Positions 9,307 through 16,681 of a stretch of 64,000 bases of DNA are shown here, one piece after another (the stretch's first letter is position 1; each line of letters opens with the position of its first letter). Source of the DNA: a virus. Its lineage: Duplodnaviria > Caudoviricetes. The translations under genes and the position numbers were made by a program. The stretch spans positions 38,564 through 102,563 of IMG/VR virus record IMGVR_UViG_3300036833_000307; one strand, written 5' to 3'. The notes beneath the pieces are model-generated. The model was not told where the DNA came from and ran no database searches. It saw only the letters and a program-made list of their open reading frames with translations.

Positions 9307-9594
9307 ATGGCTAAACCAACGAAGTATCCACGCAGACTGCGGCGAACCCTCGAGAAGGTCGCCGACGGCCGGCGGGAGCGGGAAGCCAAAGCGGCGGCGG
9401 AGGACGATGTTCCACCGCTGTTCCGATCGTTCTACCAGTCAGGATTTCTGACCCAGGTGCAGACGATCCATACCCGTTTCAACGACGCGGCAACGCAAGC
9501 GACAACCATCTATCAGTTGCATCCGTTGCCGGCGAACCGGCGTATTTTCGTGCCGCCGCCGTGGATCCTAAAACCCAAAAGCGACGCGTCCTGA
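9307..9594 (+). CDS. hypothetical early protein
   Basis: 95-aa ORF, GGAGG RBS. Confidence 0.65.
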   Translation: MAKPTKYPRRLRRTLEKVADGRREREAKAAAEDDVPPLFRSFYQSGFLTQVQTIHTRFNDAATQATTIYQLHPLPANRRIFVPPPWILKPKSDAS

Positions 9595-9607
9595 GAGGGG
9601 CGCGCTG

Positions 9608-9664
9608 CTTATCCCGCAGCTTCCTGCGGGGCAGTCGAGCCGACGCTGCTCAGTCGGCGAAAGG
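9608..9664 (+). ncRNA. three-way-junction leader element, copy C
   Basis: ctT-A-8 bp stem-CAGTCGA-gccgac/gtcggc-GAAAgg; ATG at 9672. Confidence 0.65.
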
Positions 9665-9671
9665 AAACCCC

Positions 9672-9887
9672 ATGCGGAAAATCATGCGAATGATGCGCGA
9701 CGCCTGGCGGGCTGGGCGGTTGCCCGAGCCATTCAACGTACGCGCCTTTCGTACGGCCTGCCCAGGTCTCGCCGCCACGACCTACCCGACGTTCCTGGCG
9801 AAGCACGCTAAGGACAATCCGGGTGGTAACTCGACACGGTTCAAGCGTGTTTCACGTGGCTGGTACCGTTTCTACGATCATGAATGA
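9672..9887 (+). CDS. small basic protein, possibly winged-helix DNA-binding
   Basis: start MRKIM after AAAGGA; FLAKH...NP...F.RV.RG.YR. Confidence 0.65.
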   Translation: MRKIMRMMRDAWRAGRLPEPFNVRAFRTACPGLAATTYPTFLAKHAKDNPGGNSTRFKRVSRGWYRFYDHE

Positions 9888-10071
9888 TCGGGACCGCGCG
9901 CAGTGGGTCGACAACGACGAGGGCCTGTATCGCTGGTGGCGCCAACACCGCCAGAGCAAAGCCGCCTTCATTCGCGCTAACCGCGCCGAGATCGACGAGA
10001 TCATCGGCAAGATCCAACGCGGCGAACATAAGCCGCATTACCTAGCCTACCCGCCTACGCGCAAAGCGTAG
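9880..10071 (+). CDS. hypothetical phage protein
   Basis: MNDRDRAQWVDNDEGLYRWW..., overlapping the upstream gene. Confidence 0.65.
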   Translation: MNDRDRAQWVDNDEGLYRWWRQHRQSKAAFIRANRAEIDEIIGKIQRGEHKPHYLAYPPTRKA

Positions 10072-10074
10072 GCG

Positions 10075-10130
10075 CCTTTCGCACGCAGCATGCGTTGCGG
10101 CAGAGAGCCGGTCTGCCAACCGGCGCAAGG
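10075..10130 (+). ncRNA. three-way-junction leader element, copy D
   Basis: ccT-T-stem-CAGAGA-gccggt/accggc-GCAAgg; ATG at 10143. Confidence 0.7.
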
Positions 10131-10142
10131 AAACCCCATATA

Positions 10143-10364
10143 ATGGCCAGTCCATTCGACTATGACCTCGACCTCAACCTCGACGCAATGGCCGAGGAAG
10201 ACCTCGAGGCCTGCGCGAACCATCTGACAACGATGGTCGATTATTGCTCGCACAAGCTCCTGGCAATGCGGCAACGCAAGATCGGTCGCATCCAGGATGC
10301 GCTCGACAACGAGCGCGCATGCGAGCTGATCTACCAGCGCATCCCCGCCAACTGGCGGTGGTGA
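10143..10364 (+). CDS. hypothetical early protein
   Basis: start MASPF after AAGGA. Confidence 0.65.
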   Translation: MASPFDYDLDLNLDAMAEEDLEACANHLTTMVDYCSHKLLAMRQRKIGRIQDALDNERACELIYQRIPANWRW

Positions 10365-10398
10365 TCCGCGCAAAACCAACGCCTGCGCAACGCAGGCG

Positions 10399-10450
10399 TC
10401 TCTCGCTTGATTTCAAGCGGCAGAGAACCGGTCTGATCACCGGCGAAAGA
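10399..10450 (+). ncRNA. three-way-junction leader element, copy E
   Basis: tcT-C-stem-CAGAGA-stem-GAAAga; ATG at 10454. Confidence 0.7.
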
Positions 10451-10453
10451 ATA

Positions 10454-10702
10454 ATGATGAGCAACGAACGCAGCGCCGAGGCGGAGGTCCGCAATCCGCT
10501 CCTCAGCCTGCCGGCGATGCAGAAAATTCGGGCACTTCCGGCGCCGGCGCGCCAGGCGCTCGCGGAACTCCTGGTGGAGCTCCACAGCGATGCCGAGCGT
10601 CGGGCGCAGGTCGCCTGGAACCGCAGCAAAGCACCGATGGCGGCGTACTGGAAATCGGTCGCCGTCTATACGCTGCACATCCACCGGGCGCTGCGAAAAT
10701 AG
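10454..10702 (+). CDS. hypothetical helical protein of mobile-element type
   Basis: RNPLL.LP...L..L..DA..RA..AW...KAPMAAYWK.VAVY. Confidence 0.7.
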   Translation: MMSNERSAEAEVRNPLLSLPAMQKIRALPAPARQALAELLVELHSDAERRAQVAWNRSKAPMAAYWKSVAVYTLHIHRALRK

Positions 10703-10707
10703 CGCCC

Positions 10708-10767
10708 GGCTTTCGTGCAACAGCCTGTTGCACGGCAGAGAGCCGGTCTGCTCACCGGCGAAAGACC
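10708..10767 (+). ncRNA. three-way-junction leader element, copy F
   Basis: cT-T-10 bp stem-CAGAGA-gccggt/accggc-GAAAg; ATG at 10775. Confidence 0.7.
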
Positions 10768-10774
10768 CCATTCC

Positions 10775-10981
10775 ATGACCAAACCCGACAAGTCGGCCAC
10801 AGCGCGCGCGCTGGAGCGGTTTTTGCGGCATATGCTGGCCGGCAAACGGCCCGCCACGCTCAACGCCTGGCACAAGCTGGGTAATGAGTTGCAACTGGAG
10901 CCACTGCCACCAGCCGAGGAAGTCCTCGAGGTGCTGTCAGGCTTTTCACTGTCGCGCACCATGGCCGAAAAAACCGACTAA
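10775..10981 (+). CDS. hypothetical early protein
   Basis: start MTKPD directly after element F. Confidence 0.55.
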   Translation: MTKPDKSATARALERFLRHMLAGKRPATLNAWHKLGNELQLEPLPPAEEVLEVLSGFSLSRTMAEKTD

Positions 10982-11043
10982 TGCCGAACCTCGCGCTCTG
11001 CGGAGCCGAGGCTCCGGGCAATTCCGCCCGGGCAGAAGAGGCA
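10982..11043 (+). ncRNA. three-way-junction leader element, copy H (permutation II)
   Basis: tgcc-GAAC-stem-G-C-tccgggc/gcccggg-CAGAAGA-ggca; ATG at 11050. Confidence 0.7.
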
Positions 11044-11049
11044 CGACAG

Positions 11050-11241
11050 ATGAAGATCACCACCGATCTTTACACCGGGAAGCCGTTCCGCTGGAACACC
11101 ACGGTTTTGCATCGGGCACCCGACGGCAAACTTACCACCGTGCCCGCCCGCAGCACATCGCGTAGTAGTACCTGGCTGCATCCTTCACGGGTGCCGGCGG
11201 CACTGCTAGCCGAATTGAACCCGGACAAGACCAAACCCTGA
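11050..11241 (+). CDS. hypothetical small protein
   Basis: start MKITT after GAGG. Confidence 0.55.
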   Translation: MKITTDLYTGKPFRWNTTVLHRAPDGKLTTVPARSTSRSSTWLHPSRVPAALLAELNPDKTKP

Positions 11242-11242
11242 A

Positions 11243-11309
11243 CGTGCCGAACCTCGCGCCGGAAAGCGGCCGGGGTTCCGGGCAATCAAGCCCGGGCAGA
11301 AGAGGCACG
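11243..11309 (+). ncRNA. three-way-junction leader element, copy I (permutation II)
   Basis: cgtgcc-GAAC-stem-G-T-tccgggc/gcccggg-CAGAAGA-ggcacg; ATG at 11315. Confidence 0.7.
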
Positions 11310-11314
11310 ATCAA

Positions 11315-12067
11315 ATGTCGAAATCTGTCGCTCCGCGTCAGCCTCTCGATGAGCTGGCGCGGGCGTTGAACTCGTTCGACCACCGCCACCGCATCGACGA
11401 GATCTTTTTCAACTGGCTGGAAATGAGCGCGATCGCGATCTCCAACGCGGTCGACCGGGCTCAGTACGACAAACGCGAGGCCCGCTACATGGCCATCGTC
11501 GGCAACTATTCGCGCGACGAGGCGCAACTGCTGGCCGAGATGACGGGCATGCTCTGGCTCGCGATCGCCAGAGGCGGTGCCCCGCTCAGCGAGCTGATGA
11601 CCAGGCTCGAGCTTGGCAGCAAGGCGATGAAGAGCCGGCTCGGCCAGTTCTACACGCCATTCAACGTTTCCTACATGATGGCGAAAATGCTGCTCCAGCC
11701 ACGCGACCAACTGGTCGAAGAGATTAAGGCGAAGGGCTACGTCACCATGATGGAGCCCGCATGCGGTGCCGGCGGTATGGTGCTTGCGTTCGCACAGGCA
11801 TTCGAGGAAGCCGGGTTCAACCCCCACACTCAACTGTACGTTGCCGCGGTCGACATCGATCAGGCCGCAGTGCACATGACCTATCTGCAGATTGCGATGC
11901 TCAGCATTCCCGCTGTCGTCTTCCAAGGCGATAGTCTTCGCGTCAACACTTCGGCGCACTGGCTGACCCCGGAATATGTTTCCGGCCGCTGGAACCTCCG
12001 CCTCAACGGCGAGACACCCAAGCCGGTTCCCGGGATTGCCCGCTGGAGCATCCGCCAGCAGATATGA
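11315..12067 (+). CDS. orphan N-6 DNA methylase family protein (short HsdM-like)
   Basis: GQFYTP, MEPACGAGGM, VDID and GDSL motifs; no NPPY-type catalytic motif visible. Confidence 0.8.
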   Translation: MSKSVAPRQPLDELARALNSFDHRHRIDEIFFNWLEMSAIAISNAVDRAQYDKREARYMAIVGNYSRDEAQLLAEMTGMLWLAIARGGAPLSELMTRLELGSKAMKSRLGQFYTPFNVSYMMAKMLLQPRDQLVEEIKAKGYVTMMEPACGAGGMVLAFAQAFEEAGFNPHTQLYVAAVDIDQAAVHMTYLQIAMLSIPAVVFQGDSLRVNTSAHWLTPEYVSGRWNLRLNGETPKPVPGIARWSIRQQI

Positions 12068-12069
12068 CC

Positions 12070-12111
12070 AAACCCCCGAGGCTTCGCGCCTTGGGGGTTT
12101 TATTTTATTTT
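12070..12111 (+). terminator. intrinsic terminator
   Basis: AAACCCCCGAGGC/GCCTTGGGGGTTT stem followed by a T-rich tract. Confidence 0.85.
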
Positions 12112-12312
12112 GCACTGTTGCGTGGGAGGGGTAAACCGGAGTAAGCTGGCTGATCCTGATAGGAAGTCGGCTGATGTCGTTCCTGTTGTCCCGCCCGGGT
12201 TATCCCCCAGCTTATTCGTCCTGGCCCATCGCCGCGAAAACCCGTCACACCAATATAGACTACGGGAGCACGGAGGTTGGCTATGCCCGAACCACGACGG
12301 CGGTCGGGGCGG

Positions 12313-12456
12313 ATGACCATTCGCGAGGCGACGGTCGAGGTCGCGACTATGTTGCTCGGCACCGCCATCGGGTTGGTTATCGTCCTCGGCTTGGCTTACT
12401 GGTTAGGTCGCCACTTTCTCGTGGCCTTCCTGGGCGCCGTATCCGGACACTACTAG
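12313..12456 (+). CDS. 47-aa putative membrane peptide (below the ORF-track size cut-off)
   Basis: manual translation MTIREATVEVATMLLGTAIGLVIVLGLAYWLGRHFLVAFLGAVSGHY*. Confidence 0.4.
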   Translation: MTIREATVEVATMLLGTAIGLVIVLGLAYWLGRHFLVAFLGAVSGHY

Positions 12457-12500
12457 TCCGGGTACGGTGTTCCATCGTTTATGTGGTCTATGAAAATGTT

Positions 12501-12660
12501 TTGAGTTTAGTGGAAGATCGGCTAAGCTGTAGGCGCGGCTCGTCTAAGCCCGACATGGCAGGCTCGGCAAGACAAGGCACGGCGGGGCTCGGCATGGCCG
12601 GGCTTGGCAGGCGCGGCCTATGGACCCGGAGGAAACCTGCCTCCTCCGGGTCTTCGCTTG
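12501..12660 (+). ncRNA. promoter-pentamer repeat-hairpin unit E2
   Basis: TTGAGT-N16-TAAGCT; pentamers 12533-12616; 10-bp hairpin 12623-12652. Confidence 0.65.
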
Positions 12661-12690
12661 TACCCTTCGCTTCGATCGGAGGTTTGAGCA

Positions 12691-13494
12691 ATGAGTGAAG
12701 ATCCAACATTGCCGAGGTTCTTCCCGCCGGAGGGTGCGCCGAAGGTCATCCAAGCCATTGTCGAAGTCATGCGGAACATCCCGGCGGTTCCCAAAAGTGG
12801 CCGCAATCTGGAGCAAAAATATAACTACGTCGAAGCAACCGTCCTGACCGCAAAAATCCAGGATGCGATGATCAAGGCCGGCCTCGTTCTGGTGCCACGC
12901 GAGCTTTCGCGTTCAGTACAATCCGGTATTCTGTTTATTCGTTTTGCCTTTGATGCGCACAGTGGCGATCAGTCGATTTTTGCCATCGGAAATTTTACCG
13001 GAGCATGTCGTTTCCAGTTTCAGCGTAGTGGCGCGTTTGACGACAAAGCGGCAAATAAATGCCTCACGACCGCGCTTAAACAATTCGAAATCGCATTGTT
13101 TAAAATCCCGGCTGATGTTGCCGATATAGAACGGGATGAAGAGGTGCGCGAACCTTCGGGACGCGGCGACGGCCGAGACAACCCGCCCGATGAACCGCCG
13201 GATGACCGGCCGCCGCCGCACGACACCGCACCAGATGACCAGCCACCCAGCGATGATGGCCCGCCGGACGACGAGCCTGTCGGCGATGCCGAACCGGGCG
13301 ACGAAGCTCCAGTCGACTTCCAGACCCGGGTGCGCGAATTCGCCCAGCGGCTGAAGACGGCGCAGAACCAACGCGAAGCCGACGCGCTGTGGAGCGACGA
13401 AGCGGTCATGCTACGACAGTGCAATGACACCACGTATCGCTGGCTGGCCGATGCCTACGAAGGCCGCTGGAATATCCGTCCCCCGAAAGTATGA
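12691..13494 (+). CDS. ERF-family single-strand annealing recombinase
   Basis: VPKSGRN..QKYNY...K....M...GL...DKA.NK..T.ALK...LF.IP; adjacent to ssb. Confidence 0.75.
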   Translation: MSEDPTLPRFFPPEGAPKVIQAIVEVMRNIPAVPKSGRNLEQKYNYVEATVLTAKIQDAMIKAGLVLVPRELSRSVQSGILFIRFAFDAHSGDQSIFAIGNFTGACRFQFQRSGAFDDKAANKCLTTALKQFEIALFKIPADVADIERDEEVREPSGRGDGRDNPPDEPPDDRPPPHDTAPDDQPPSDDGPPDDEPVGDAEPGDEAPVDFQTRVREFAQRLKTAQNQREADALWSDEAVMLRQCNDTTYRWLADAYEGRWNIRPPKV

Positions 13495-13509
13495 GGAGAG
13501 GAACAAGCT

Positions 13510-14109
13510 ATGGCTGGGCTGAACAAGGTCCAATTGATCGGCAACCTGGGCGCTGATCCCGAAATGCGCACCACCCAGAATGGCGACAAGGTCGTCAACT
13601 TGCGAGTTGCCACTTCAGAGACCTGGAAAGATCGGCAAGGCGAGCGCCAGGAACGCACCACCTGGCACCAGGTGGTGATCTGGAACGAGAACCTTGGCGA
13701 CGTCGCTGACAAGTATCTGCGCAAAGGTTCCAAGGTCTATCTCGAGGGCTCGCTGCAAACCCGCAAATGGACCGACAAGGACGGCCAGGACCGCTACACG
13801 ACCGAGGTCGTGCTGCAGCGCTTCCGCGGCGAACTGGTGATGCTGGACAGCCGCCGTGACGACGATCGCGACGACGATCGCGGCGGCCGGGACCGCGGCG
13901 GCAGCCGTGAGCGCGACCGTGGCGACAGCCGGGACCGTGGCCGCGATGACCGTGGTGGCGGGCGTGACGATCGCCGGGACAGCTCCCCGGCACGTGGCGA
14001 TACCAACGGCAGCGGCCGTAGCCGCGAGGGGCCGCTCGGGGGTGGCTATCGGCCGGGTGGCCGAGGCACCCAGAGCGCGCCCGACCTGGACGATGAAATA
14101 CCGTTCTAA
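13510..14109 (+). CDS. ssb: single-stranded DNA-binding protein
   Basis: [17 protein letters not shown]-fold start and DLDDEIPF acidic tail. Confidence 0.97.
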   Translation: MAGLNKVQLIGNLGADPEMRTTQNGDKVVNLRVATSETWKDRQGERQERTTWHQVVIWNENLGDVADKYLRKGSKVYLEGSLQTRKWTDKDGQDRYTTEVVLQRFRGELVMLDSRRDDDRDDDRGGRDRGGSRERDRGDSRDRGRDDRGGGRDDRRDSSPARGDTNGSGRSREGPLGGGYRPGGRGTQSAPDLDDEIPF

Positions 14110-14133
14110 TCTCCCTGCCGCAACAACATAGCC

Positions 14134-14604
14134 ATGATCCTCATTCCTTGTCAAGAATGCGGGCTAAGGAAACGGAGGGTCGAGTTCCCCCCGCGCATCG
14201 GGAGGTACAAGCGGCGATGCAGAGCATGCATCGCTCGCTTGATGGGGCGGCTGGGCCCGGATGGCTATAGGCGACTGTTCGAGGATGAGCGCCTGCACGA
14301 TCCACATCGCGTCGCTATGCGAGACGCCTATCGCAAGACGGCTAACGGCCAAGAGCGGCTGACTGCCGGCAAGATCGCTTGGATCGCGCGCAACCCTGAG
14401 AAGCGCCAGTGCCACGTCATCTTCGGCAATGCGCTGCGTGACGGCAAGATCGAGCGCCAGCCCTGCCAACGCTGTAGCAACCCGAGATCCCATGCCCACC
14501 ACAAGGACTACTCCAAGCCGCTGAAGGTCCGCTGGTTGTGCGCGGCGTGTCACAGCGCTTTGCACAAGCGTGAACGAAGGAGAATTGCCAATGCCGATCA
14601 GTAA
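14134..14604 (+). CDS. HNH-like Zn-binding nuclease
   Basis: CQEC...CRAC; CQRC...HAHHKDYSKPLKVRWLCAACH. Confidence 0.7.
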   Translation: MILIPCQECGLRKRRVEFPPRIGRYKRRCRACIARLMGRLGPDGYRRLFEDERLHDPHRVAMRDAYRKTANGQERLTAGKIAWIARNPEKRQCHVIFGNALRDGKIERQPCQRCSNPRSHAHHKDYSKPLKVRWLCAACHSALHKRERRRIANADQ

Positions 14605-14851
14605 CGCCGAACGGCTGGCCCAGGCGGTGCTGCTGTTCCATCGCGGCGGCCCGTGGACGGCCTTAGACAGCGGCCACTGGCTGGCGCTGACCGGCAAGGT
14701 GGACTGCACCACCAAGGTGCTCTGCGACCTTGCCCGCCGCATCCTCGAGACCGCCGAGCGTGAGGTAGTGATCCAGCTACCGTTGGAGCCATTGAGCGAT
14801 GCGGACATCCGGCAGGCCGCGCTAGGCCCCCTGGAATGGAAGCAGCGCTGA
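14591..14851 (+). CDS. hypothetical protein
   Basis: start MPISN after AAGGAG. Confidence 0.6.
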   Translation: MPISNAERLAQAVLLFHRGGPWTALDSGHWLALTGKVDCTTKVLCDLARRILETAEREVVIQLPLEPLSDADIRQAALGPLEWKQR

Positions 14852-15087
14852 TGCCGCGCTGGTCTGAGGTCGTCACCATCACCCTGCCGGACGGCACACA
14901 GGCTCAAGCCATCGTCTGTGGCAGCGGCAAGCGTCCGCGTACGCCGCGCTGCCGCTGCGGCCGGACGTCGAGCATCCAGTGCGACTTTCCGCTGCTGGAT
15001 GGCAAGACCTGCGACCAACACCTGTGTCGCTCCTGCGCCGTCCCGGTCGGGCGCAACCGCGACTACTGCCCCGAGCATCCACGGTGA
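14851..15087 (+). CDS. Cys-rich Zn-finger protein
   Basis: CRCG...CD...TCD..LC..C...DYCPEH. Confidence 0.65.
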   Translation: MPRWSEVVTITLPDGTQAQAIVCGSGKRPRTPRCRCGRTSSIQCDFPLLDGKTCDQHLCRSCAVPVGRNRDYCPEHPR

Positions 15088-15479
15088 GTACCACCCGCCG
15101 CACCCCTCGTTACGAGGACGTCCAGCCGGTCAAGGACCTCGTCACCAACGAGGAGATGTACGAGGCGATGGTCTACATGGACCAGAGCCCGCACGACTAT
15201 GCCGAGGCGGTCGCTGACGCTGAGTACGCCGCGTACAAAATCCGCATGGCCGAGGCAGTCGGCATCCTCGTGTCGGGCGAACGGAACGCCGCCCGCCAAC
15301 AAGCTGATGCCCGCACCTCGCAAGCCTATGCCAACGCCGTTGAGGACAACCGCCGCGCGCAGATGCAAGCCGAGATGATGAAAGCCAGGCGCGCCGCTGC
15401 ACAGTTGAAAATCGAGGTATGGCGAACCCTTCGCGCCGACCAACGCGCCCGGGATGTGTCCGAACCAGGAAGTAGATGA
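15084..15479 (+). CDS. coiled-coil protein, possibly a recombination accessory factor
   Basis: GTG start coupled to the upstream stop; Ala-rich helical ORF ending IEVWRTL. Confidence 0.55.
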   Translation: MSTTRRTPRYEDVQPVKDLVTNEEMYEAMVYMDQSPHDYAEAVADAEYAAYKIRMAEAVGILVSGERNAARQQADARTSQAYANAVEDNRRAQMQAEMMKARRAAAQLKIEVWRTLRADQRARDVSEPGSR

Positions 15480-15490
15480 TGACGCGTGCG

Positions 15491-15638
15491 AAAAGGGCTC
15501 TCCAGCCTAAGCCGAAGAGCCCCGTGCCGCGTCCGGCGTTGCCACGTCCTGCCAAGCCTCGTCTCGCCGCAGCATGTCATGCCTGGCCGTGTGTGGCATA
15601 GGCACATCACGATATGCCACATTTTTTATCCTTGGCAA
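15491..15638 (-). ncRNA. promoter-pentamer repeat-hairpin unit E3 (antisense to flanking genes)
   Basis: minus strand: TTGCCA-N16-CATATC (or N18-TATCGT), pentamers about 15587-15523, hairpin 15522-15495, TTTT. Confidence 0.65.
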
Positions 15639-15648
15639 CGGTTCGCTG

Positions 15649-15999
15649 ATGCCCTGCCGCGACTGTAATCACTGGAACCGGGTTCCGGTCTGCGCTGCCC
15701 TCGAGCGCTTTACCCCCGGCTGGTGTGAAGTCCAGCACCGTGCGGTATTCCCGCACTATCACTGCCCCAGGTGGGTACAACGCGAGGTCACCCACGCCGA
15801 GGTCGGCCTCACCCGCGACGAAGTCGCCTGGGCGCGCCAGCATCGTGACGACCCATCGGTTCGCGCCCTCAACTTCCTGTTCCGCCGCATCCAGTTCCAG
15901 CCGCAGAACCCCGCGATCCGCGCGGAATTCACCACGACGCTGGAAATCTGGCGCAGCAAGCGACGTATCGCATTCGGTCAACCGGAGGAAATGCCATGA
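15649..15999 (+). CDS. hypothetical protein with N-terminal Cys cluster
   Basis: MPCRDCNHW...GWC...HCPRW. Confidence 0.55.
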   Translation: MPCRDCNHWNRVPVCAALERFTPGWCEVQHRAVFPHYHCPRWVQREVTHAEVGLTRDEVAWARQHRDDPSVRALNFLFRRIQFQPQNPAIRAEFTTTLEIWRSKRRIAFGQPEEMP

Positions 16000-16253
16000 G
16001 CGGGACCGGCTTCCCCGAAGGTTTCGCTATCGTTCATGCCGGACAACTCTACCGACCGATTGGCACCCGGGAATTCGTCAACACCAAGGGTCAGCGGGTG
16101 ATGTGCATCGACTGGCGTTCGGTCTGTCCGGAGTGCGGTGAGGCTTTCACCCTCACCACCGGCCGGCGCTGGCAGCGCCCGCACGCACGCCGTTGTCCGG
16201 GTTGTCGAGCGCCGGGCCAAGCGGTGCAAGATGCTCGTATCGGGCAGCGATAG
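15996..16253 (+). CDS. Zn-ribbon protein (paralog of 3391-3684)
   Basis: WRSVCPECG..F....RRCPGCRAPG. Confidence 0.65.
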   Translation: MSGTGFPEGFAIVHAGQLYRPIGTREFVNTKGQRVMCIDWRSVCPECGEAFTLTTGRRWQRPHARRCPGCRAPGQAVQDARIGQR

Positions 16254-16279
16254 ACCCTATATAATAAGCCGCAACGATC

Positions 16280-16340
16280 TGCCTCCCGGCCCGAGCATCG
16301 GTGACCGGCAGTGAACCCGGCTGCTCCCGGGGGAAAGGCA
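16280..16340 (+). ncRNA. three-way-junction leader element, copy J
   Basis: tgccT-C-stem-CAGTGA-cccgg/ccggg-gGAAAggca; ATG at 16346; TATAAT at 16260-16265 just upstream. Confidence 0.6.
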
Positions 16341-16345
16341 TATCA

Positions 16346-16672
16346 ATGTCAGAACCAGTATCCCGCATCCAGATCCTCGCTCCTGAGCGGCTGGATGCCT
16401 TCTTCGCACACTATCATTCCGGCGCGGACTACGGGCTGTTTCGCCAGGGTCTCGCCCGGCTGCTGGAGCTCTGCTCCCGCTATTGCTCAAATCTTCCTGC
16501 TGGCGCGTACCGCGTCGCCAGCCTCATGCCTGACCACCGCGATTTCCAATCAATCGACTGGTGCATTCAGGAAAATCCGGAGCCATCCGGATTCCACGGC
16601 AAGCACATCATCAATGGTGGCTTAAACCACCACAGCGATGTTTCCACTCCAACGTGGAGCATCAACACTTAG
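16346..16672 (+). CDS. hypothetical protein, DUF4120-like C-terminus
   Basis: ends INGGLNHH...WSINT, resembling the NGGLIYH...WSIHT family motif. Confidence 0.55.
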   Translation: MSEPVSRIQILAPERLDAFFAHYHSGADYGLFRQGLARLLELCSRYCSNLPAGAYRVASLMPDHRDFQSIDWCIQENPEPSGFHGKHIINGGLNHHSDVSTPTWSINT

Positions 16673-16681
16673 AAGGGAGGA

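Noticed and set aside
7023-11309. Calling the leader elements canonical hammerhead ribozymes
   Set aside because: No copy has CUGANGA, and several also alter GAAA or the A-U pair. Only the topology matches and activity is untested.
8305-11309. CRISPR array
   Set aside because: The repeats are not identical and are separated by whole genes of variable length; no cas genes are present.
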